Of a stretch of DNA of 64,000 nt, positions 35,712 through 48,612 are shown one piece after another (positions within the stretch are counted from its first letter, which is position 1; every line of letters starts with the position of its first letter). The DNA is taken from the NCBI GenBank assembly GCA_944369075.1, contig CALVXK010000008.1, positions 112 to 64,111 of the forward strand, given 5' to 3'. The notes below the pieces were generated by a model. It ran no database searches, was not told where the DNA came from, and worked only from the letters and a program-made list of their open reading frames with translations. Made by a program: the position numbers and the translations under genes. This DNA is from an uncultured Bacilli bacterium (GTDB lineage Bacteria > Bacillota_I > Bacilli_A > RFN20 > CAG-826).

Positions 35712-36378
35712 AATTCGTAAAATTTCATTAATATTTAGTGTTTTATCTTTAATTTCTTCTATGTCTATTATAGGAGTTGGTTTTTCGATTTGGGTTTTTG
35801 ATGAAGGTGAAAAGACAATTAAAAGTAACGTTGTAGTTAGCGTTTCTGATACTTATTCTTTTGGAGAAGTCCATGTTTATGCACCTAATACATATTACTT
35901 AGAACCACCTTCTGATAAACTTGCAACTTATGGTGGATTAGTATTTTATACTCGTGATAGTGATCACGTTAATGAAGGACATGAGTTAGATTATACTTTA
36001 GGAAGTAGTGTTGCTTTGGCCATTAAATCTAATTCAAGCAATCAAGAAACGCTAGATCCAGCGATTATTGATGATATAGTAAAAAATCTTAAATGTACTT
36101 TAAGTATTTCTTTTACAAAAGATAGTGCATTAATGAAATACTTTAATATTAAAGTGCCTACGCACGAATTTTCTTTCTCATACGATAGTGGCAATAGATA
36201 CTCTGAAATAGATTTCGTATCAAAAGATGCTTTCAATTTAAACGGCAATTTTGAATATAAACAAGGTGCTTTAACTTCTATAGATGGAGATAATAATGGA
36301 ATTATTGATCCTAATGAATGGAACAATGAGGAAAATAAAGGCTCAGTTATCTTAAGTTTTGAGTTTTCGGGTTTATAG
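35704..36378 (+). CDS. Secreted TasA/camelysin-like candidate subunit 2 with SipW-cognate-like signal peptide
   Basis: 'IIGVGFSIWVFDEGEK...VVVSVSDTYSF' parallels 'AGAGFSAWVFDHTNS...NTNVEDAFDYS'. Overlaps the sipW stop by 8 nt. Confidence 0.6.
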   Translation: MNKIRKISLIFSVLSLISSMSIIGVGFSIWVFDEGEKTIKSNVVVSVSDTYSFGEVHVYAPNTYYLEPPSDKLATYGGLVFYTRDSDHVNEGHELDYTLGSSVALAIKSNSSNQETLDPAIIDDIVKNLKCTLSISFTKDSALMKYFNIKVPTHEFSFSYDSGNRYSEIDFVSKDAFNLNGNFEYKQGALTSIDGDNNGIIDPNEWNNEENKGSVILSFEFSGL

Positions 36379-36452
36379 TTATTAATTTGAAAAACAAGAA
36401 TATATTTACGTTTTAATTTGCAAAAATACAAGTTTGCCCAGATGTTAATTCT

Positions 36453-36544
36453 CGAAAAACCTAACTTTTTGCAAATTTAAATGTTTTAGAAAACTAACTT
36501 TTTGCAATTTTCGTTGTTTTAGAAACCTAACTTTTTGCAAATTT
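36453..36544 (+). repeat. Three direct ~25-nt repeats (core CTAACTTTTTGCAA), 34/33-bp period
   Basis: Copies at 36453-36478, 36487-36511 and 36520-36544, directly upstream of ATPase paralog 3. Confidence 0.9.
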
Positions 36545-36592
36545 CGATTTATTTAATCTGTTTTTCTGTTAAAATATAAGAGGGGTGTGCTA

Positions 36593-37936
36593 ATGTTTAA
36601 ACGAAAGATATATTCTCACTTATTAAAATGGAAAAACGAAACTCAAGGTAGAACAGCGCTTTTGATTGAAGGAGCTAGGCGTGTTGGCAAAACTAAAATA
36701 GCCGAAACATTTGGTAAAAATGAATTTAAGAATTATAAATTAATCGATTTTTCTATTCAATCAGAAAATGTTATTAATAGTTTCAATTATTTAAACGATT
36801 TAGAAAAGTTTTTTGAGTATTTATTTTTAGCATTAGGAATAAATCCCTTACCAAAAGGTAGTTTATTAATATTTGATGAAGTTCAATTTTGTCCTAAAGC
36901 AAGACAAGCAATAAAAACTTTAGTTGCTGACGGACGTTATTATTATTTAGAAACTGGATCCTTAGTTTCAATAAAAGAAAATACACAAGATATTTTAATT
37001 CCCTCTGAAGAAGAGTCTATAGAGATGTATCCAATGGATTTTGAGGAATATTTATGGGCTTGTGGATTAGAGTTTGAGGCTAATGCTATCTTGAAACATT
37101 TTAAAGATAGAAATCCATTTCCTAATGATATGCATAATTTGTTGATGCAAAATTTTCGAACATATCTTGCTATAGGTGGCATGCCAAAAGTTGTTGATAC
37201 GTACCTAACAACTCATAGTTTTTTTGCTGCTGATAAAGAAAAAAGAATGATTATTAAACTTTATGAGGAAGATTTGAGAAAAATTGATAATAATTTTAAA
37301 ACGATTTGCTATCTTGTTTGGAAACAAATGCCTGCAATGCTTTCAAAACATTCAACAAGATTTATCGTTTCTTCAACTAACGAAAGGTCTGATTCAGTAT
37401 TATTCACTAATACTATGGAAAAATTGATTGAATCAAAAATGGTTGTTGCCGTATACAAATGTACTGACCCAAGCGGCGGTTTCGCTTTAACAAAAGATTT
37501 AAGTTCTTTTAAACTATATTTTAATGACACCGGTTTATTTACAAGTATTATTTATCCAGACACCAAAAATGATTCGCAAGATCTTTACCAACGTTTAGTT
37601 TTTGATAAACTCAAAACAAATTTAGGAATGTTATTTGAAAATGCCTGCGCCCAAATTCTTCTCGCTAATTCTTTTGAGCCATATTATTATTCATGGAGGG
37701 AAGAAGCTGAAAACGTAAAAAAGAATTATGAAATAGATTTTATAGTTTCTAAAAATGGGAAGACGATTCCTTTTGAAGTAAAATCAAGAAATACATCTTG
37801 CATAGAATCTCTTGAAGCTTTTAGAAGAAAATTTGTTAAAAAAATTGGTGAAAAATATATTGTTCACATAAAACAATTATCCTACGGAGACAATTTGACT
37901 TACCTTCCTTATTATATGCTTTTTTGTGTTAGATAA
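36593..37936 (+). CDS. AAA+ ATPase, AAA_14/DUF4143 family (paralog 3)
   Basis: Walker A 'GARRVGKTK', Walker B 'LLIFDEVQFCPKARQAIKTLV', C-terminal 'YEIDFIV...FEVKS'. ATG at 36593 is preferred, 7 nt after GAGGGG. The N-terminus is close to that of paralog 2. Confidence 0.8.
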   Translation: MFKRKIYSHLLKWKNETQGRTALLIEGARRVGKTKIAETFGKNEFKNYKLIDFSIQSENVINSFNYLNDLEKFFEYLFLALGINPLPKGSLLIFDEVQFCPKARQAIKTLVADGRYYYLETGSLVSIKENTQDILIPSEEESIEMYPMDFEEYLWACGLEFEANAILKHFKDRNPFPNDMHNLLMQNFRTYLAIGGMPKVVDTYLTTHSFFAADKEKRMIIKLYEEDLRKIDNNFKTICYLVWKQMPAMLSKHSTRFIVSSTNERSDSVLFTNTMEKLIESKMVVAVYKCTDPSGGFALTKDLSSFKLYFNDTGLFTSIIYPDTKNDSQDLYQRLVFDKLKTNLGMLFENACAQILLANSFEPYYYSWREEAENVKKNYEIDFIVSKNGKTIPFEVKSRNTSCIESLEAFRRKFVKKIGEKYIVHIKQLSYGDNLTYLPYYMLFCVR

Positions 37937-38055
37937 ATTTTTTATTGACATTTTAGTATAACGATTAACTTTAAATAGGGCTTTTTCTGTATCTTTTAAT
38001 TTTTGAGCCCATTTTTATTATGTAGATAATTGTTGACATCTTTTATAATTTAGAC

Positions 38056-38878
38056 ATGAAACAAATTATTAGAGAAAATTACTTAGATTTTTTATCTAAA
38101 GAAGCCGTTTTTGTTGAAAAAGAGGCATTAATTGATGAATTAAAAAATGTAATTAAGTTTTTAGATTTAAGTTCATTTGTAAATTTTGCTGACCAGAAAA
38201 GTAAACTTAAATTTATGGATGAAGCTTCTTTATCTAAGATTTATGATAATTGTTTCATTGACAAACTTTCTAAAGTTAAATGTCTAACCCTTGTTTATGT
38301 GCAAATTGGAAATTATTAGGAAGAAAATTATTGTCAATATATTGATAACGAAGATGATTTAGGTACTATTCTTAAAACTATTAGAAATATTAAATTATTG
38401 GATAGATTTAATTTTGATAAAACTAGAATTCTTAAAATTTTGAATTATATATTTCTAAATATAAGATATGAAAAATGTGTTAAGGACGAATATGATGATG
38501 AATATATTGATGATATAGAAAGATTGAATCTTTATGATTTATTAAATTATTCAAGATTTTCTAAGAAAAAAGAATTTTCAAGCATTCCAAATCTCTATTT
38601 AAAAATATTTAGTTTTAAATAGAGATTATGAACATTTTCTTAATTTCATCGATTTATATAATGATTCTTCTTTTCTTATAAAGATTAAAAATGTTTTATC
38701 TAACCTTAAAATCGATAGAAGAAAAATTATTGAGTTTATTGAAAAATATTGATTCAAATTAGATTTGAAAATAATGTATTAAGTCATAACTATGATGAAG
38801 AAATTGAACAAATGTTAAAAGAATTTGTAGAAAAACTAAAAATCTATAACTGGAATCATCTTTACCAAGATAATTATT
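38056..38878 (+). pseudogene. Decayed gene of unknown function
   Basis: ORFs 38056..38319 and 38398..38622 share a frame across an in-frame TAG. The coding-like sequence continues in two other frames, with a TGA at about 38750, to the stop at about 38876. Confidence 0.5.
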
Positions 38879-39605
38879 AATCAATATCGTTATTACTTTT
38901 ATCTTCTTTTTCATCTAAAGATGTAGTATCAACTATATTCTTATTATAAAAAGAAGATAAATCCATCTTATCTAAATTAGCACTATATATCTTTTTAGAC
39001 ATTTTAGATATTCGATAACTTCTTGCAATATAGGCCATAACGTTAACTAAATACCAAATTAGACCAATAAGAAGAAAGAAGAATATAAAGTAATTAAATA
39101 TTCTTTCATCACTAAAAGGAGTAGGAGGAGTAACAATTACTTTATCAAAATCAAATCCTAAAGGTGGAACATATTCTACTTTAGAAAAATCAAATGAATA
39201 AAATAAGGAAGCAATACCTGTTTCTCTATTAAAAATAGATTCAAACCAAGGATGTTCATTAAAAACTAAATGGTAAACTAAATATAAAATTAAAGTAATT
39301 AAGAAAAATATAAATGGATATAAAGATGCTTTAAAAAATCTATCCATTGATTTAATATGAGCAAACTTCTTAAAGTCTTTAGAATTATCACATACTCTAG
39401 AAGTAACTAAATAAGCCATATCTTTATCAACTGCTTTAGATTGGACTTTTAAAATATATCTTATTAGCATTCCAATTAGTCCAAATAAGATAAAAACAAT
39501 TACTACGATAAAAAAGATTACAAGTAGTACTTTCCATGATACATCAAAAAATTTATTTAAAACTAAGTTAACTAATATCATCATCTTCATCATCAACTCT
39601 TTCAT
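38877..39605 (-). CDS. Membrane protein (about 4 TM), unknown function
   Basis: Hydrophobic spans in the translation. Overlaps the upstream ORF by 38 nt, suggesting an operon. Confidence 0.55.
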   Translation of the reverse strand: MKELMMKMMILVNLVLNKFFDVSWKVLLVIFFIVVIVFILFGLIGMLIRYILKVQSKAVDKDMAYLVTSRVCDNSKDFKKFAHIKSMDRFFKASLYPFIFFLITLILYLVYHLVFNEHPWFESIFNRETGIASLFYSFDFSKVEYVPPLGFDFDKVIVTPPTPFSDERIFNYFIFFFLLIGLIWYLVNVMAYIARSYRISKMSKKIYSANLDKMDLSSFYNKNIVDTTSLDEKEDKSNNDID

Positions 39606-40137
39606 TATTTACTCTTTTTAAAGATGAAAGACCATTATAAGAAGAATGTTTTTCTTCTTCTTTATCAATATTATCTTCATCTATATAGTCTTCTTCACCT
39701 TCATCATTATTTACTTCAATATAAGGTATTTCATCGTTATTAGGATTATTATTTTCAATCATTTTATTTCCATTATCAAAATACTTATTAATATCTTTAA
39801 TTTTAGATGGATCACTAATATAAATATTAGTAGTTTGATATATTATTTTACCATCACTCTCTTTCTTTTCTTCTTTACTTACTATTTCATTTTGTTTAGA
39901 AGCATTATCTTTAAAATAAGAATTAGAATTTAAATAATGATTACCTTTAAGTATTTTAAATGCTTTATCTTCTTTTTTAGATAATTCTTCTTTATATGAT
40001 TTATTTTTATATAAAAATATATAAATAATATTTTTAAAGAATAAATAAATACCCATTAATACTAAATAAATAAGTAGAAAAGGTAATAAGATAAAATAAA
40101 GTATTCCTAAACCAAATGTCTTTAAAAAACTAGTCAT
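39568..40137 (-). CDS. Membrane-anchored protein with a highly acidic C-terminal tail
   Basis: An N-terminal TM hairpin followed by an Asp/Glu/Asn-rich tail. Confidence 0.5.
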   Translation of the reverse strand: MTSFLKTFGLGILYFILLPFLLIYLVLMGIYLFFKNIIYIFLYKNKSYKEELSKKEDKAFKILKGNHYLNSNSYFKDNASKQNEIVSKEEKKESDGKIIYQTTNIYISDPSKIKDINKYFDNGNKMIENNNPNNDEIPYIEVNNDEGEEDYIDEDNIDKEEEKHSSYNGLSSLKRVNNERVDDEDDDIS

Positions 40138-40155
40138 AAGTTAATTATAAGGTAA

Positions 40156-41085
40156 TTAGTTTCTCTTACCAATTAATTTTATTAACTTACTTATATATCT
40201 AGTTAAATAAGTTAATGGAAGAATTAAGGTAGTTAAACTAACTAGATATATTAATAAACTTAATTCTAATCTTAAATATGCATTTAAGATTAAAATAAAT
40301 ATTAAATAAATAGTACCTAATATTAAAAATATATGTAAAAAATAATATCTTTTCTTACTTATTTCATTAATTAATATAAAAACTGTTATTAAGATTAAAC
40401 TAATTAAATAGATTAAATTGATAAACATTAAATTAATCTTATTAGTAATTAATAAAGTTAATATTAAATTGGATAAGATCAATATAAGAGATATTAAAGA
40501 TAAATACAAAGAAGAATGTTTAGAGGTAACATATTTAATATTAACTTTATTTAAGATAAATAAAGAAACGATATAAGATAATATAATTGAAATTAATGAA
40601 TATATAAAAATAAATAGATAAGTAAAATAAATATAAATTTCATCTAAATTAAATGTATTAAGTAAGATAGTAATTATATTTATATTTAAAGTAATAGATA
40701 ATAAGTAATTTAATAATATTTCTAAGATAAAACTAATTAAAGTAGAAAGTAAAATAAGTAGATATTTATCGTATTTTTTATCAACAAATAAACCAAAAAA
40801 GAATGATAAAATTAAACTTGGAATAAAATAGATTAATATAAAACTGATATCATAAATTGATGTTAAAAAAGAAAGTATTAAAGATATCATTACATAAAGT
40901 AAATAATATCTTTTTTTAACATAAATACTAATTAAAATAGAAGGAATATTAATAAGTAAAGTAATAACAAAATAAGAAAAAGGAACTAAATTAGCAATTA
41001 AAATTAAAATAACATCAATTACTGATATTAAGGCAATTAAAGGTAAACTTGACTTTAAATCTTTCTTAAATGTAAATAACTTCAC
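40156..41085 (-). CDS. Polytopic membrane protein (about 9 TM), unknown function
   Basis: 309 aa, almost entirely Leu/Ile/Phe-rich spans. Divergent from the sigma factor gene. Confidence 0.55.
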   Translation of the reverse strand: MKLFTFKKDLKSSLPLIALISVIDVILILIANLVPFSYFVITLLINIPSILISIYVKKRYYLLYVMISLILSFLTSIYDISFILIYFIPSLILSFFFGLFVDKKYDKYLLILLSTLISFILEILLNYLLSITLNINIITILLNTFNLDEIYIYFTYLFIFIYSLISIILSYIVSLFILNKVNIKYVTSKHSSLYLSLISLILILSNLILTLLITNKINLMFINLIYLISLILITVFILINEISKKRYYFLHIFLILGTIYLIFILILNAYLRLELSLLIYLVSLTTLILPLTYLTRYISKLIKLIGKRN

Positions 41086-41184
41086 TTAATTATTATTAAC
41101 TAATATATAATAAATAAAAATATTTATTTTATTTTTTGCACCAAAATCTTAATTAAATAATCTTATTTAATAAAGTTCATAATT

Positions 41185-41724
41185 ATGAATCTAGAAAAAG
41201 AACTTGCCTTAGCTTTAAAAAATAACGATAAAGAAGAAATTTCTTTAATTTTTAAAAAGATATACGAGAAGTATTATCGTTTAATTTTATATGTCTTAAG
41301 TTTAGATATTAAGATTAAAGAAGATATATTAGATTTAACAGAAGATTCTTTTATAACTTTATTTAATGAAATATTAAAAAATAAAGAAATTAGAGATATT
41401 AAATATTATTTACTTACAATTACTAAAAATAAGTTGATCTTATATAAAAACGAATATTCCAGGAAAATAGAAGTAGAAGATATAGAAAAAATAAGTAGAA
41501 GTGAAGATATAAATATAGAACCATCTATTAAAGAAAAGTTAAATAAATTAAATCAAAATGAATTAGAAATAGTGATAAAACATGTTTATGAAGATATGAC
41601 TTTTAAAGAAATAGTAATTAAATCTAAAGGGAAATATACTTCAATAAATACGGTAAAAAGTATTTATCTTAGAGCAATTAAAAAATTAAGAAAGGAAATT
41701 AAGAATATAGATTATGAAACTTAA
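41185..41724 (+). CDS. Sigma-70 family (ECF-like, group IV) RNA polymerase sigma factor
   Basis: Region 2-like 'YEKYYRLILYV...EDSFITLF'. Region 4 HTH 'ELEIVIKHVYEDMTFKEIV...TVKSIYLRAIKKLR'. Confidence 0.7.
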   Translation: MNLEKELALALKNNDKEEISLIFKKIYEKYYRLILYVLSLDIKIKEDILDLTEDSFITLFNEILKNKEIRDIKYYLLTITKNKLILYKNEYSRKIEVEDIEKISRSEDINIEPSIKEKLNKLNQNELEIVIKHVYEDMTFKEIVIKSKGKYTSINTVKSIYLRAIKKLRKEIKNIDYET

Positions 41725-42469
41725 GAAAAAAGAAGAACAAATATTAGATCAAAATATTAATGAAGTTTTTGATAATGAACTTAGTTTTTCTAAATTAGAG
41801 TTAAATACTTTAGAAAATAATATTTTTTCTAATATTGATTATTCTTTACTTAGTAAGAAAAAGAGTTTTTATTTTGATAAGACTAAATTTTTTAAGATTA
41901 GTGCTATTTCTTTAGCTTCTTTATGTGTTATTACTTTAGTTTTTATTTCTCCTTTATTTCTTAGTGAAAATGAAGTTATTGAAAAACCTAGTGGGCCTCA
42001 AGGAGGACATGGTGAGATAAGTAGAGCTTATCCTACATTTGATGAATTTAAAAACGATATTGATGATAACTATCCTCTAGTTAGTAGTTCTTATAATTTA
42101 TTTGAAGTACCTACTTTTGATTATGTTGACCATATAACCTATTTTATAGATGGAAAAGAAGAAAGTGATGATATCGTTTTTAGTTCAACTATAGCTTTTA
42201 TAGATGATAATGAAATTAGTTTAATTTATGATTATAAAACTAATATTATTGATCCAAATAATCTAAGTTATATTATTAATACTAACTTTGATAAATTTGA
42301 TTATTTATATAGTATAGATGGAGATAATTTAAAAGCATTATCTTTTAATGATACTTTAAATAATATAACTTATTTTACACTTGCTTATTCTAGTGAAAGT
42401 GAAAATAGTATTTATTTTGAATCATTTTTAAATGATTTATCTTTGTTTTTTATAGAAAATAATTATTAA
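41714..42469 (+). CDS. Single-pass membrane protein, candidate anti-sigma factor
   Basis: Overlaps the sigma gene by 11 nt. Cytoplasmic N-terminus, one TM ('ISAISLASLCVITLVFISPLFL') and an extracytoplasmic domain. Confidence 0.45.
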   Translation: MKLKKKEEQILDQNINEVFDNELSFSKLELNTLENNIFSNIDYSLLSKKKSFYFDKTKFFKISAISLASLCVITLVFISPLFLSENEVIEKPSGPQGGHGEISRAYPTFDEFKNDIDDNYPLVSSSYNLFEVPTFDYVDHITYFIDGKEESDDIVFSSTIAFIDDNEISLIYDYKTNIIDPNNLSYIINTNFDKFDYLYSIDGDNLKALSFNDTLNNITYFTLAYSSESENSIYFESFLNDLSLFFIENNY

Positions 42470-42593
42470 AACTTTATCTATAAACTTTTAGTTTATAGAT
42501 AAAATAAATAGTTCATAACTACTAAAATTCAACTAAAAAAAGTTAATAATTTAAATATAAAAATAGAGTAAAATTTGATACAATTTTAAGGCT

Positions 42594-46819
<4,226 letters not shown>

Positions 46820-47125
46820 ATGAAAGAAGTAAATAAAGAAACCCTAAAAATTGCTGCTGAGAAACTTCTATTCGATATGGAAGATTCGCAATATGAAACA
46901 TTATTAAATGAGTTTCATGTAATTATTAAACAACTTGAATTAATGGATAATATTGAGGATTTATCTTCTTATTCTCCTTTATCTTTTCCTTATGTAGATG
47001 AATCTTTCTCTTTACTTAGAGATGATGAAGTTATTGAAGAAACTTTATTAAATAAAGAAGAAGTTTTAGCTAATGCTAAAGAAGTCCGTGATGGACAAAT
47101 CGAACTTCCAAAGGTGGTTGGTTAA
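46820..47125 (+). CDS. gatC: Glu/Asp-tRNA amidotransferase subunit C
   Basis: About 100 aa, immediately before gatA-gatB. Start is adjacent to the ligA stop. Confidence 0.85.
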   Translation: MKEVNKETLKIAAEKLLFDMEDSQYETLLNEFHVIIKQLELMDNIEDLSSYSPLSFPYVDESFSLLRDDEVIEETLLNKEEVLANAKEVRDGQIELPKVVG

Positions 47126-47127
47126 GT

Positions 47128-48609
47128 ATGAGTAATTATTTAAATTTATCCATTGTTGAATTACATAATCTTCTTTTAAAAGGGGAAGTAAAACCTTCAA
47201 CATTAGTATTAGAAGCTATTGAAAAATGTAAAAATGATGAGTTTAACGCTTTAGAAGCTACAAATTATGATAAAGCTTTAGAAAAAGCTTATGAACTCGA
47301 TAAAAAAGAAGTTCCTAGTGATAATTATTTCTTTGCTATTCCTTATATTGCTAAAGATAATTTATCAACAAGAGGAATTGAAACAACTGGAGGAAGTAAT
47401 ATTTTAAAAGGATATGTTCCTTCTTTTGATGCAACTGTAATTTCGATTTTAAATTCTTTAGATGCTATTATGATTGCAAAATCTACTCTTGATGAACTTG
47501 CAATGGGTGGTTCAGGAAGAAGCGGACATAAAGGTTTACAATATAATCCTTATGATAAATCTAAAAAGCATTTAATCGGAGGATCATCTTCTGGATCTGC
47601 AGTTGTTACAGCTGCTTCATATGTTCCTTTTGCTTTAGGAAGTGATACAGGAGACTCAATTAGAAAACCAGCTTCTTATGGTGGACTTGTTGGATATAAA
47701 CCAACTTATGGTTTAATTTCTCGTTTTGGTTTATTCCCATTCTCTGTTTCTTTAGACCATGTTGGTTATTTCACAAGAAGTGTTGAAGATGCTGCAATTT
47801 TATTTGATGCACTTAATAAATATGATGAAAATGACTATACTTCTTCATTAAAAGAAAGAACTAAAGTTTGTCCATTAGATGAAAAAGAGGTTAAAAAAGT
47901 AGCAGTAGTTAAAGAAGTTATTGCTTCTATTAAAGATGAAAAAATTCTAGATGCTTTTAATAATTATGTTAAAGAATTAGAAAATAAAGGAATAAAAGTT
48001 GATTATGTAAGTGTAGATTCTAACTTACTTAAAGCAATTTATCCTTCTTATATTATTATTTCTAGTGCTGAGGCTACTTCAAATAATGCTAATTTAGATG
48101 GTGTTAAATTTGGTAATAGAAAAGAGGGAAAAACATATCAAGAAGTTATGTTTAATACAAGAAATGAAGGATTTGGAGAACTTATTAAAAGAAGATTCAT
48201 TTTAGGGTCTTTTGCTTTAATGAAAGAAAACCAAGAAGAAGTTTATCTTAAAGCAAAAAGAGTAAGACACGCTATTGTTGATGCATTTAATAAGATTTTA
48301 GATAGTTACGATGCATTTATTGCACCTGCTGCTCCTTCAACTGCTAAAAGAATAAATGAAGATTCTGATGCACTTGATGATACATATTTAATTGCTGATA
48401 ACTTCTTAGCTATAGGAAATTTTGGAGGATATCCTTCAATTACTATTCCTTTAGGATTAAAAGAAGGTTTACCTTTTGGACTTTCAATTACTTCGAATAT
48501 TTTTGAAGATAAAAAATGTTTTGAAGTTGCTAAAATTAGTGAAGATATCATTGGTTTAAAAGGCTTATCAACTTCCAATATTAATGATTTTATTAAGGAG
48601 GGCAAATAA
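47128..48609 (+). CDS. gatA: Glu/Asp-tRNA amidotransferase subunit A
   Basis: Amidase signature 'GGSSSGSAVVTAA...GSDTGDSIRKPAS'. Confidence 0.95.
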   Translation: MSNYLNLSIVELHNLLLKGEVKPSTLVLEAIEKCKNDEFNALEATNYDKALEKAYELDKKEVPSDNYFFAIPYIAKDNLSTRGIETTGGSNILKGYVPSFDATVISILNSLDAIMIAKSTLDELAMGGSGRSGHKGLQYNPYDKSKKHLIGGSSSGSAVVTAASYVPFALGSDTGDSIRKPASYGGLVGYKPTYGLISRFGLFPFSVSLDHVGYFTRSVEDAAILFDALNKYDENDYTSSLKERTKVCPLDEKEVKKVAVVKEVIASIKDEKILDAFNNYVKELENKGIKVDYVSVDSNLLKAIYPSYIIISSAEATSNNANLDGVKFGNRKEGKTYQEVMFNTRNEGFGELIKRRFILGSFALMKENQEEVYLKAKRVRHAIVDAFNKILDSYDAFIAPAAPSTAKRINEDSDALDDTYLIADNFLAIGNFGGYPSITIPLGLKEGLPFGLSITSNIFEDKKCFEVAKISEDIIGLKGLSTSNINDFIKEGK

Positions 48610-48612
48610 TTT

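Noticed and set aside
36453-36544. CRISPR array. The same question applies to 16053-16136.
   Set aside because: There are only three copies, and the repeats are imperfect. The 'spacers' are about 8 nt. No cas genes are present. The geometry fits operator or iteron-like repeats.
37948-38050. Two TTGACAT(T/C)TT..TATAA segments about 84 bp apart that look like promoters.
   Set aside because: The TTGACA and TATAA(T/C) hexamers are only about 5-6 nt apart, which is incompatible with sigma-70 spacing. This is possibly a short direct repeat. I have no further support for it.
20870-38880. A prophage, ICE or transposon interpretation of the accessory region.
   Set aside because: I could not recognise an integrase, recombinase, transposase, terminase, capsid or tail gene, a conjugation gene, or terminal inverted repeats. 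Only a local direct duplication is present at one edge.
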